Assembly: GCA_950097015.1 (NCBI GenBank)
Contig: CATNEN010000003.1
Coordinates: forward strand, 8,928,001-8,992,000
Length of the DNA: 64,000 nt
Direction: 5' to 3'
From: Macrostomum hystrix
Taxonomy: Eukaryota; Animalia; Platyhelminthes
Positions within the stretch are counted from its first letter, which is position 1. Each line of letters begins with the position of its first letter. Under the pieces are notes generated by a model. It searched no databases. It was given only the letters and a program-made list of their open reading frames with translations, and had not been told where the DNA came from. Shown here one piece after another: positions 1 through 12,100 of the stretch. The position numbers were made by a program, and so were the translations under genes.

Positions 1-1872
1 AATGCTACAGACATTGTAGCAGGCTGTTAAAATAGGAACTTGTCACATTCTTCTTTGTTTTTTATCTTAATCTTTTCTTTTTTTGTAGCTTGAACCCTTA
101 TCACTTTTTCTCACTTGGTACCAACTTTGATTTTTTACCCTAGGTTGTTCTGTTTTTTGTGACTTACCTTGCTTGGACCTTGATTAAAGGTGCTGTGCAT
201 GTATGATTAAACTCATGTCTATAGTGTTTTTACAAGATTTGCAACATTCTTCAGTTTAATTACCTGTGGTATACTATATTGCAGAGAGAAACATTAAAAT
301 GTTATTTTACCTATACCTTTTGCCTTCTTAGCTTTACAAGCCTAGCACTTTTGTTGTTGAAGAATATATCTAGTAACAATTTTAACATGGTCTGGTCAAG
401 TAATAATGCTAGACCATGTATTCCTCTTTGCTGGCCAATGCCAATGTAGCTGCACTAAACAGTCAACCTCAGTCTAGTTGTGGTGGGGTTGGTGTGCATA
501 GCTAGCCAACTCACCAAGCCAATGGGGTTTTGTGAAGTCAAGCCATTTTTACACAATTGTCTAGACCTTCTATGTTCATAATTTAAACATGCCCATTGCA
601 GCCCACAATCTTTGACACCATTCTAACTTGTAAAAAAGACCTTCTGTCTTATTTAAGTGCAATGTATAAGTCTTAAATTTATTTACTGTATTAAATTGTC
701 TTATTAGGTAAATAAGGAAATATATAATGTACTTATTTAATATTTGAGACTGAATCAAAAAATGTCTCGCATGACTGGAAAAATCAAAATGTAGGCCCCT
801 AGCAAATTTTTCTAGATCTAGATTGTAGAATGTAGGTAGCTAATTTAGTACATTTTTAGGTGAGACCTATAACTAGTTTTTATGATTTGTGAAATTTAGA
901 AAAATTTACTTAAAAATTTATTTAAAGAAAATATTCTACATGAAATACTTCTTGACAATGACTTAGTACAATAAATATACAAAACAGGTTGGCGGTTGCT
1001 ACAGATATTTTCAAAATATTTTTGAAACAAACAGTAACTTTATGTACTGATACTTACCCTGCTCTTTACTTCAAGAATATTTCCAGGAAGTGTCATTTGT
1101 TACAAATGACCTGGACGTTAGAATATGTATAACAAGGACTTCTCAAATCAAATGAGATTATCGATTTTTTCAGTTGGCTACTTGTAGCGAAACTAGGTCA
1201 ATTTATCAATATATAACCATTAGTAGATTCAACTCATCTAAAAAGCTATATTTTTATGTCCAGGTTTACCAGGGCAATAACTTAATTAAAGATGAGCCCT
1301 GAAGGAGGGAAAAAGCGAATGACGAAGCAAAAAATACATTGACATAGGAAATGTTACGAATATGCAAAAAACGAAAATAGGCCCCTATCAGTCGTAAAGT
1401 TTTTTATAGCTAGAACTATTTTTTAAATAATATGGTAGATGTGATTCACTGATTTCTAGCTACAAGCTGGCTAGCGAGCAAGTAATGGATGTATTGTAGA
1501 GTCGTGAGGTGCAGGTCCATGATGCTGCCATATGTTACGGAAAGAGGACGTTAAATTTTTGCTTTTCTAATAAAGACTACTAAAACAAATTCCTGCGATT
1601 CATTTTTTCAACTTTCTTGCCCTTCTTTATTTTTTGTTTTTTTTGCTGAATGCTCTTAAAAGCATTATTTCACCTCATTGTAAACTTTAAGTTTATAAGC
1701 GCTACATTTTGCCGACAAGCCCTGGCCGTAAACCCTTCTGCTGGACCACAGTAGCAGACCCAACACAAGAGCACGTGGCGCCACCAACAAGAAAAAACGT
1801 AACTATTCTGCCAGGTGTGCATGAAAGTGATCAGCAGAGTACCCGAACGCCGCCAGGATGCAGCCATCAGTC

Positions 1873-2163
1873 CAAGGACCACTAGGAGTAGATATTGGAT
1901 TATTATTATTTGTTTATTTACTATAGTGAACAAAATCGTACAATTGTCATGTATAAAACGATATAACAATCGGTGAAGGAACATGCTAGGCAAGTTATAT
2001 CAAACAAACTACTTTGTATCAGCTTCCAATCAAAAGCAGTCACCATTTAAACGTGGAAAAAAAGATAAAATTTCAATGTCCGAAGTGTATTTTTCGCGAA
2101 AACCAGCCTACTTTTTTTTCTAAGAAACGAAGTTTCCTGTCCTTCTACTCCTAGTGGTCCTTG
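1873..2163. mobile_element. MITE / non-autonomous DNA transposon, hAT-like
   Basis: 20-bp perfect terminal inverted repeats CAAGGACCACTAGGAGTAGA (1873-1892) and TCTACTCCTAGTGGTCCTTG (2144-2163). Flanking 8-bp direct repeat CATCAGTC (1865-1872) / CATCAGTA (2164-2171), 7/8 match. AT-rich non-coding interior. An 8-bp TSD is typical of hAT elements. Confidence 0.75.
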
Positions 2164-2419
2164 CATCAGTATCGAAGCCAAAAAATCAGCATGAATCGCT
2201 GAAGACTCACCACCCAATTCTGGCTGCCAATATATATACCGAAGGCCCCATGCACCCGATCGTTCTCCACGTCATCTGCAATCGCACCTGAAAGCAGAAA
2301 ACAGAACGGCAGAAGGCAGAAATCAACATCTCGATCTATTCAAAATAAAGATAACACGAAAAGCTCGCGAAAGCCCATCAGCCCATAGCCCACGGAAGCC
2401 CACGGAAACACAGACAGAC

Positions 2420-2755
2420 AGTCAGAATCGCAGCAAGAGTTACAGACAGAATCGCAGCAAGAGCTGCAGATCTCGAGACAGAATCGCAGCTAGAGTTACA
2501 GATCTAGACAGAATCGCAGCAAGAGTTGCAGACAGAATCGCAGCAAGAGCTCCAGACAGAATCGCAGCAAGAGTTGCAGACAGAATCGCAGCAAGAGCTC
2601 CAGACAGAATCGCAGCAAGAGCTCCAGACAGAATCGCACCAAGAGTTGCAGACAGAATCGCAGCAAGAGCAGCAGACAGAATCGCAGCAAGAGTTGCAGT
2701 CAGAATCGCAGCAAGAGCTGCAGACAGAATCGCAGCAAGAGTTGCAGACAGAATC
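2420..2755. repeat. 24-bp minisatellite (ACAGAATCGCAGCAAGAGYTGCAG)n
   Basis: About 14 tandem copies read directly. Confidence 0.95.
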
Positions 2756-3190
2756 TCATTACTTTAGGCATGATAATGATCCTGCTTTAAAGCCTCGATT
2801 ATCGAAGCCCTACTCAAAAACCTCTGTACTTTGCGTTTTCACCACAGCACAAAGAATCGGAACTATTTCGAAATGAATATCTTTAAACTAATTACCAAGT
2901 TTATTTTTCACGACGAACTAAAGCAGTACTTAAGCATAGAAACGATTTTTTGCTATAAGTCAGTAGCAGTTTGTAGAAAATGAAACGAGTATATGGCATC
3001 ATTTTTTAGTCCAATTTGACTTTTGTTAAACTTAGGGTTGGAATTATAGTTACGAATGTAACAATGGAATTTATTGACGCAAAAAAACTACTGATACTTG
3101 ACCTTACATGGATTCTAAAAACCTAAAAATTGATCCAGTTAAGTAAAGTTGGACAAGCTGTGCTTTTTCAATCACTTCATATCGCAAATC

Positions 3191-6100
3191 TCAATAGAGA
3201 CTCGAAGAAGTTTGGCCGTCGAAAATAAGCGAATAATTGTTTTGAAATACCAACGGATAGATGAACTTAAACTTCTGTGATTTGTACATAACTTCCAGGG
3301 CCAGTCCGACAGCCTCTTGGATAACACCGGGTATAACGTTTTTTAGTACTTCGGTGTTTGTGGTCAACGATGGGCCAGAATTGATGTCGATAAGCCACAC
3401 CTGCCAGTTTGAGATGGGTTATGGGTTATTAAGAACATGATTTTTTTAACTGCACGGTTTTTTAACAGTGGAGGGATGAGACAGTGGAGGGATGAGACAG
3501 TGGAGGGATGAGACAGTGGAGGGATGAGACAGTGGAGGGATGAGACAGTGGAGGGATGAGACAGTGGAGGGATGAGACAGTGGAGGGATGAGACAGTGGA
3601 GGGATGAGACAGTGGAGGGATGAGACAGTGGAGGGATGAGACAGTGGAGGGATGAGACAGTGGAGGGATGAGACAGTGGAGGGATGAGACAGTGGAGGGA
3701 TGAGACAGTGGAGGGATGAGACAGTGGAGGGATGAGACAGTGGAGGGATGAGACAGTGGAGGGATGAGACAGTGGAGGGATGAGACAGTGGAGGGATGAG
3801 ACAGTGGAGGGATGAGACAGTGGAGGGATGAGACAGTGGAGGGATGAGACAGTGGAGGGATGAGACAGTGGAGGGATGAGACAGTGGAGGGATGAGACAG
3901 TGGAGGGATGAGACAGTGGAGGGATGAGACAGTGGAGGGATGAGACAGTGGAGGGATGAGACAGTGGGGCGATGAGACAGTGGAGGGATGAGACAGTGGG
4001 GCGATGAGACAGTGGAGGGATGAGACAGTGGGGCGATGAGACAGTGGAGGGATGAGACACAGGAGAGATTAGACACAGGAGAGATGAGACAAGAGAGAGA
4101 TGGCACAGTGGAGAGGTGAGACAAGAGAGAGATGGAACGGAAAGATGGCACAGTGGAGAGATGGCACAGGGAGAGATGGCACAGGGAGAGATGGCACAGG
4201 GAGAGATGGCACAGGGAGAGATGGCACAGGGAGAGATGGCACAGGGAGAGATGGCACAGGGAGAGATGGCACAGGGAGAGATGGCACAGGGAGAGATGGC
4301 ACAGGGAGAGATGGCACAGGGAGAGATGGCACAGGGAGAGATGGCACAGGGAGAGATGGCACAGGGAGAGATGGCACAGGAAGAGATGGCACAGACAGGA
4401 GAGTGGCACAGGGAGAGATGGCACAGGGAGAGATGGCACAGGGAGAGATGGCACAGGGAGAGATGGCACAGGGAGAGATGGCACAGGAGAGATGGCACAG
4501 GGAAGGATGGCACAGGGACGAGATGGCACAGGGAGAGATGGCACAGGAAGAGATGGCACAGGGAGAGATGGCACAGGGAGAGATGGCACAGGGAGAGATG
4601 GCACAGGGGAGAGATGGCACAGGGAGAGATGGCACAGGGAGAGATTGCACAGGGAGAGATGGCACAGGGAGAGATGGCACAGGGAGAGATGGCACAGGGA
4701 GAGATGGCACAGGGAGAGATGGCACAGGGAGAGATTGGCACAGGAGAGATGGCACAGGGAGAGATTGGCACAGGAAGAGATGGCACAGGGAGAGATGGCA
4801 CAGGGAGAGATGGCACAGGGAGAGATGGCACAGGGAGAGATGGCACAGGGAGAGATGGCACAGGGAGAGATGGCACAGGGAGAGATGGCACAGGGAGAGA
4901 TGGCACAGGGAGAGATGGCACAGGGAGAGATGGCACAGGGAGAGATGGCACAGGGAGAGATGGCACAGGGAGAGATGGCACAGGGAGAGATGGCACAGGG
5001 AGAGATGGCACAGGGAGAGATGGCACAGGGAGAGATGGCACAGGAAGAGATGGCACAGGGAGAGATGGCACAGGGAGAGATGGCACAGGGAGAGATGGCA
5101 CAGGGAGAGATGGCACAGGGAGAGATGGCACAGGGAGAGATGGCACAGGGAGAGATGGCACAGGGAGAGATGGCACAGGGAGAGATGGCACAGGGAGAGA
5201 TGGCACAGGGAGAGATGGCACAGGGAGAGATGGCACAGGGAGAGATGGCACAGGGAGAGATGGCACAGGGAGAGATGGCACAGGGAGAGATGGCACAGGG
5301 AGAGATGGCACAGGGAGAGATGGCACAGGGAGAGATGGCACAGGGAGAGATGGCACAGGGAGAGATGGCACAGGGAGAGATGGCACAGGGAGAGATGGCA
5401 CAGGGAGAGATGGCACAGGGAGAGATGGCACAGGGAGAGATGGCACAGGGAGAGATGGCACAGGGAGAGATGGCACAGCATCCGCATCCCTGACCTGCAT
5501 CCGACTATCAATAAGGAAGTCGCAGCCAAATATTTCAAAGCATCGTCGTCCACGAATCTCGCTGCTATTCATGAGTGACACAATGTAGCCCAGAATGGCT
5601 TTGATGCGCGGATGCAGGCTACTGTGCACCCAGTCTTGGCCGATGCCCAGCTCATCCTGACGCTTGTTAAAGTAGCAGTTCAACTCGCTCGGCGACCAGG
5701 TCGTGGCTTCTTTAACTTGTTCGAAGCGCGGATCTCGTCTCTGCATGACCTGATTGGTTAGATGCACGGTCAGCATTTCGCTGTCCTTTTCGTAGCGCCG
5801 GCAGGTAAGTCTTACGTAGCCAGGATGATAGAAAGCGAACAGCGTGTTCTTCTCCTGATGCGGTACTACTAGTAGGAACACGCGCAAATTGAATTTCCGC
5901 CTATCCACCAAGAGGGGATCGTCGATGTACCTGATTTATAGGGGGGTCGGTGGCAGAGCGGTTAACGCGTTTGCCTCTCGCACCACGGTCCCTAAGTTCG
6001 ATTCCACGGCGAGGCCACATTTAGTTGTGGCGCAGCCGCGGAGAGAAGGCTTGAGGGCTTGTCGCGCAATTTACGCCCTTGAGGGCCAACCTCCAAAGGC

Positions 6101-9100
6101 ACAGTGAGAGTGTACACTGCCTGTCGATGAGAAAGTCAGGGCAGATGTACACACCTGTGCGAGAGTGTGCCTGCGTACAGTATCTGTGTGCGTGTGTGCT
6201 CAGGAGTCAGCGAAATGGGCAGAATTGCCTCCTCGCTGGCTGCGGGTCTAGTGTCACCAAATGATGTGCCACTATGTCCACTATTATTATTATTATTATT
6301 AGTACTTGATTTATATTCAGGGTTGGTAATCAGGCTGTGATTGTAGAGCCGACATGGTTCTATTGTGAAATTTTGTGATTTGAAAAACTATGCCTTTATT
6401 CGTGCTTTTTTCCACCAGACACCCCGACTAGAATCGTTAAATATCTCGTCGATGCCGACGTTTTTGTGATATACGCCCTTGAAGACAATCCATGACGATA
6501 AAAAATCAGGGCAGAAGTACACAACTGTGATCACTGCTGCTGTCGCAGCAAATTATCTGCCAGAAACGAAAAACCTATTTGGAGATTAACACAGAAAATG
6601 TAGCCTAATTCACTATCCAATCTGCTTTCAGTGAAGTTTTCACACGGCCAAAAATGTACCAAACTGTGCCTCTGTTCTTTTCTGTCAAATATTATACAAA
6701 TTTGTATCCTTTTTGAGCAGATTTTATGCTACTGCTCTTCTCCAGATTTCAGATAAATATCGATTCTTATCAATAAATGTAGCTAACGAAAAATTTTTGC
6801 TTTAAATGGGACGGCCATGTAGTTCCATGAAGCCATGTATGTAGCCATTCTTGAATTATTAATTCGTAGCTGAAAATATTCTTTAGTTGTAATATCACTT
6901 TTGGATATCTATAGTAGGGATTGTATCCTATTTTGGTATGTATACTGTAGGGATAGCATCCCATCTGGATATCCCTACTGTAGGGATAATATTCCATCTA
7001 ACAATGTACTGAAAAGATAATATCCCGTCTGGATATCTAATGTAGTGATAACATCCCATCTGGATATCTACTGTAGGGATAATATCCCATCTAGATATCT
7101 CACTGTAGGGATAATATCCCATCTGGATATCTACTGTACTTATAATATCCCATCTAGATATCTGCTGTAGGGATAATATCCCATCTAGATATCTGCTGTA
7201 GGGATAATATCCCATCTAGATATCTACTGTAGGGATAATATCCCATCTAGATATCTACTGTAGGGATAATATCCCATCTGGATATCTACTGTAGGGATAA
7301 TATCCCATCTAGATATCTACTGTAGGGATAATATCCCATCTGGATATCTACTGTAGGGATAATATCCCATCTAGATATCTCACTGTAGGGATAATATCCC
7401 ATCTGGATATCTACTGTAGGGACAATATCCCATCTAGATATCTACTGTAGGGATAATATCCCATCTAGATATCTACTTTAGGGATAATATCCCATCTGGA
7501 TATCTACTATAGGGATAACATCCCATCTGGATATCTACTGTAGGGATAATATCCCATCTAGATATCTACTATAGGGATAATATCCCATCTGGATATCTAC
7601 TATAGGGATAATATCCCATCTGGATATCTACTGTAGGGATAATATCCCATCTAGATATCTACTATAGGGATAATATCCCATCTGGATATCTACTGTAGGG
7701 ATAATATCCCATCTAGATATCTCACTTTAGGGATAATATCCCATCTGGATATCTACTGTAGGGACAATATCCCATCTAGATATCTACTGTAGGGATAATA
7801 TCCCATCTAGATATCTACTTTAGGGATAATATCCCATCTGGATATCTACTATAGGGATAACATCCCATCTGGATATCTACTGTAGGGATAATATCCCATC
7901 TAGATATCTACTATAGGGATAATATCCCATCTGGATATCTACTATAGGGATAATATCCCATCTGGATATCTACTGTAGGGATAATATCCCATCTAGATAT
8001 CTACTATAGGGATAATATCCCATCTGGATATCTACTATAGGGATAATATCCCATCTGGATATCTACTGTAGGGATAATATCCCATCTAGATATCTACTAT
8101 AGGGATAATATCCCATCTGGATATCTACTATAGGGATAATATCCCATCTGGATATCTACTGTAGGGACAATATCCCATCTAGATATCTACTATAGGGATA
8201 ATATCCCATCTGGATATCTACTATAGGGATAATGTCCCATCTGGATATCTACTGTAGGGATAATATCCCATCTAGATATCTACTATAGGGATAATATCCC
8301 ATCTGGATATCTACTATAGGGATAATATCCCATCTGGATATCTACTGTAGGGACAATATCCCATCTAGATATCTACTATAGGGATAATATCCCATCTGGA
8401 TATCTACTATAGGGATAATGTCCCATCTGGATATCTACTGTAGGGATAATATCCCATCTAGATATCTACTATAGGGATAATATCCCATCTGGATATCTAC
8501 TATAGGGATAATATCCCATCTGGATATCTACTGTAGGGACAATATCCCATCTAGATATCTACTATAGGGATAATATCCCATCTGGATATCTACTGTAGGG
8601 ATAATATCCCATCTGGATATCTACTGTAGGGATAATATCCCATCTAGATATCTACTATAGGGATAATATCCCATCTGGATATCTACTATAGGGATAATAT
8701 CCCATCTGGATATCTACTATAGGGATAATATCCCATCTAGATATCTACTATAGGGATAATATCCCATCTAGATATCTACTATAGGGATAATATCCCATCT
8801 GGATATCTACTATAGGGATAATATCCCATCTGGATATCTACTGTAGGGACAATATCCCATCTAGATATCTACTATAGGGATAATATCCCATCTGGATATC
8901 TACTATAGGGATAATGTCCCACCTGGATGGCTTCAACTCACTTTTGCACCAGAATGTCGCCGGCGTTGAAATTTTTAAAGTGCTCCTGAACCAGGGCCGC
9001 GAATTCCTTCAGATCTCCGCTAGATCGATAGAGTTTCAGGCCGACACCCTGGCTACTGTTGCTGGGCTTCAGAATCCACGTGCTACCAGGGCGCCCTGCA

Positions 9101-12100
9101 AAAGAAAGGACCAATGGTTCTAGCTACAATATCCCAAATTAAGGACCAATGGTTCTAGCTACAATATCCCAAATTAAGGACCAATGGTTCTAGCTACAAT
9201 ATCCCAATTAAGGACCAATGGTTCTAGCTACAATATCCCAATTAAGGACCAATGGTTCTAGCTACAATATCCCAAATTAAGGACCAATGGTTCTAGCTAC
9301 AATATCCCAAATTAAGGACCAATGGTTCTAGCTACAATATCCCCAATTAAGGACCAATGGTTCTAGCTACAATATCCCAAATTAAGGACCAATGGTTCTA
9401 GCTACAATATCCCCAATTAAGGACCAATGGTTCTAGCTACAATATCCCCAATTAAGGACCAATGGTTCTAGCTACAATATCCCCAATTAAGGACCAATGG
9501 TTCTAGCTACAATATCCCCAATTAAGGACCAATGGTTCTAGCTACAATATCCCCAATTAAGGACCAATGGTTCTAGCTACAATATCCCCAATTAAGGACC
9601 AATGGTTCTAGCTACAATATCCCAAATTAAGGACCAATGGTTCTAGCTACAATATCCCCAATTAAGGACCAATGGTTCTAGCTACAATATCCCCAATTAA
9701 GGACCAATGGTTCTAGCTACAATATCCCCAATTAAGGACCAATGGTTCTAGCTACAATATCCCCAATTAAGGACCAATGGTTCTAGCTACAATATCCCCA
9801 ATTAAGGACCAATGGTTCTAGCTACAATATCCCAAATTAAGGACCAATGGTTCTAGCTACAATATCCCCAATTAAGGACCAATGGTTCTAGCTACAATAT
9901 CCCCAATTAAGGACCAATAGTCAAACTACAATATCCCCAATTAAGGACTAATAGTCAAACTACAATATCCCCAATTAAGGACCAATGGTTCTAGCTTTAA
10001 TATCCCCAATTAAGGACCAATGGTTCTAGCTCTAATATCCCCAATTAAGGACCAATGGTCTAGCTACAATATCCCCAATTAAGGACCAATGGTTCTAGCT
10101 CTAATATGCCCAATTAATGACCAATGGTTCTAGCTCCAATATCCCAAATTAAGGACCAATGGTTCTAGCTCCAATATCCTAAATTCCAAGGAATTTACAA
10201 GGCATCAACAAACCCAAGGACCATAGTTTGCAACCAATAAACTGAATTGTGCCAGTTTCAATTTACTAATCTCTCGCTTAAACTCGTCGCTCATCGGATG
10301 CAGCAGGTAAGACTTTGGCAGGATGGCGTGCATCTGCAGATCGTCGGGCGCGTGTGGACTTCGATTTAGCCAGAGTAATTTGTACAGGCCGCACTTGCTG
10401 GACATGCGAATTCGGCAGTTGATGCGACTCAAAATGGCTTCCTCTGGGGTAGTGATAAAATTGAACGATATTTCAAGTAAAAAGCTGTTGAATAATTATA
10501 GCAATAATTTTTTACACCTGTCCAAATGGGCCAGATGTGCAGCTAACACTCCAGACAGACGCCTCACACCCACAGCTAACACCCCAAACAGACACCCCAC
10601 ACCCTAAGCTAACACCCCAAACAGACACCCCACACCCACAGCTAATACCCCAAACAGACACCCCACACCCACAGCTAATACCCCAAACAAACACCCCACA
10701 CCCACAGCTAATACCCCAAACAGACACCTCACACCCACAGCTAACACCCCAAACAGATAGCCCACAGCTAACACCCCAAACAGACACCCCACACCCACAG
10801 CTAACACCCCAAACAGATAATCCACAGCTAACACCCCAAACAGATGCCTCACACCCACAGCTAACACCCCAAACAGACACCCCACACCCACAGCTAACAC
10901 CCCAAACAGATAACCCACAGCTAACACCCCAAACAGACACCCCACACCCACAGCTAACACCCCAAACAGATAACCCACAGCTAACACCCCAAACAGACAC
11001 CCCACACCCACAGCTAACAACCCAAACAGACACCTCACACCCACAGATAACACCCCAAACAGATAACCCACAGCTAACACCCCAAACAGACACCCCACAC
11101 CCACAGCTAACACCCCAAACAGATAATCCACAGCTAACACCCCAAACAGATGCCTCACACCCACAGCTAACAACCCAAACAGATGCCTCACACCCACAGC
11201 TAACAACCCAAACAGATGCCTCACACCCACAGCTAACACCCCAAACAGATGCCTCACACCCACAGCTAACACCCCAAACAGACGCCTCACACCTACGCCG
11301 ACATTGAGAAATGTGCGCAATCTAACATGTAACATCCTGTTTACCGCTTGGCCAAAGTTTTATCGCTGGACCACAACCTTGTGGGAGGGGTCATATATTA
11401 TATGGGCATACGTGACTAGTACTTATTTTCTTAGAATGTGTTTTTTGGCAAATTTTGAGTCAACTGAAGTCAAGTATTTATTTATTTAGCTTACAAGCTA
11501 GCTACTAACTAGATTTTCACAATATACTTAACCTTGTGTTATCTGCGTCCACTTCAAAGTATTTCTAGTACGTATTTATCTGGCTTTTCAAAGAACGAAG
11601 CCTAAAAAAACCTAAAAAATGCAAAAATGCAATAAAGCATGTTACCTGGATAAGAGGCCAGAGTTACATTTGCATTTGCCGCAGAGAAGCCAAACTTCCA
11701 AACCAGATGAAAAGATCGCTTTGAAATGGCGGTGTCTTTCACCTTGCTCTGATCTTGCCAGTGAAGATGGTACATAAGCTCTTCGACTCTGAAAGTGTCA
11801 GGTAGATTGATTTCAGTGTCAGGTAGATCCAGGTAGATCGGTTTGAGTCTCAGGTAGATCCAGGTAGATCGATTTGAGTGTCAGGTAGATCGGTTTGAGT
11901 GTCAGGTAGATCCAGGTAGATCGATTTGAGTGTCAGGTAGATCGGTTTGAGTGTCAGGTAGATCGATTTGAGTGTCAGGTAGATCGATTTGAGTGTCAGG
12001 TAGATCGGTTTGAGTGTCAGGTAGATCGGTTTGAGTGTCAGGTAGATCGGTTTGAGTGTCAGGTATATCGGCTTGAGTGTCAGGTAGATCGATTTGAGTG

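Larger units (their letters stand above)
1670..2771 (-). pseudogene. possible disrupted gene relic or short spliced transcript interrupted by the MITE
   Basis: ATG CCT AAA|GTAATG at 2771-2763. Exon-like segment 2287-2211 bounded by TTTCTGCTTTCAG and GTGAGT. GC-richer hydrophobic coding-like text at 1870-1680 with stops/frameshifts. No recognisable homology. Confidence 0.2.

Noticed and set aside
3446-5588. Long ORFs (821, 494, 492, 490 aa etc.) with VPSLP/GRDGT/WHRER repeats
   Set aside because: Stop-free translations of intronic minisatellites, open in many frames; only 5930-5495 is a real exon
5941-6017. tRNA gene (also 25827-25903 and minus-strand copies)
   Set aside because: A and B boxes are present but there is no proper cloverleaf; it continues into a shared body with a simple-repeat tail and TSD, i.e. 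a SINE head
6900-10185. CRISPR-like palindromic 31-35 bp repeats
   Set aside because: Units are head-to-tail with no unique spacers, there are no cas genes, and the context is eukaryotic introns
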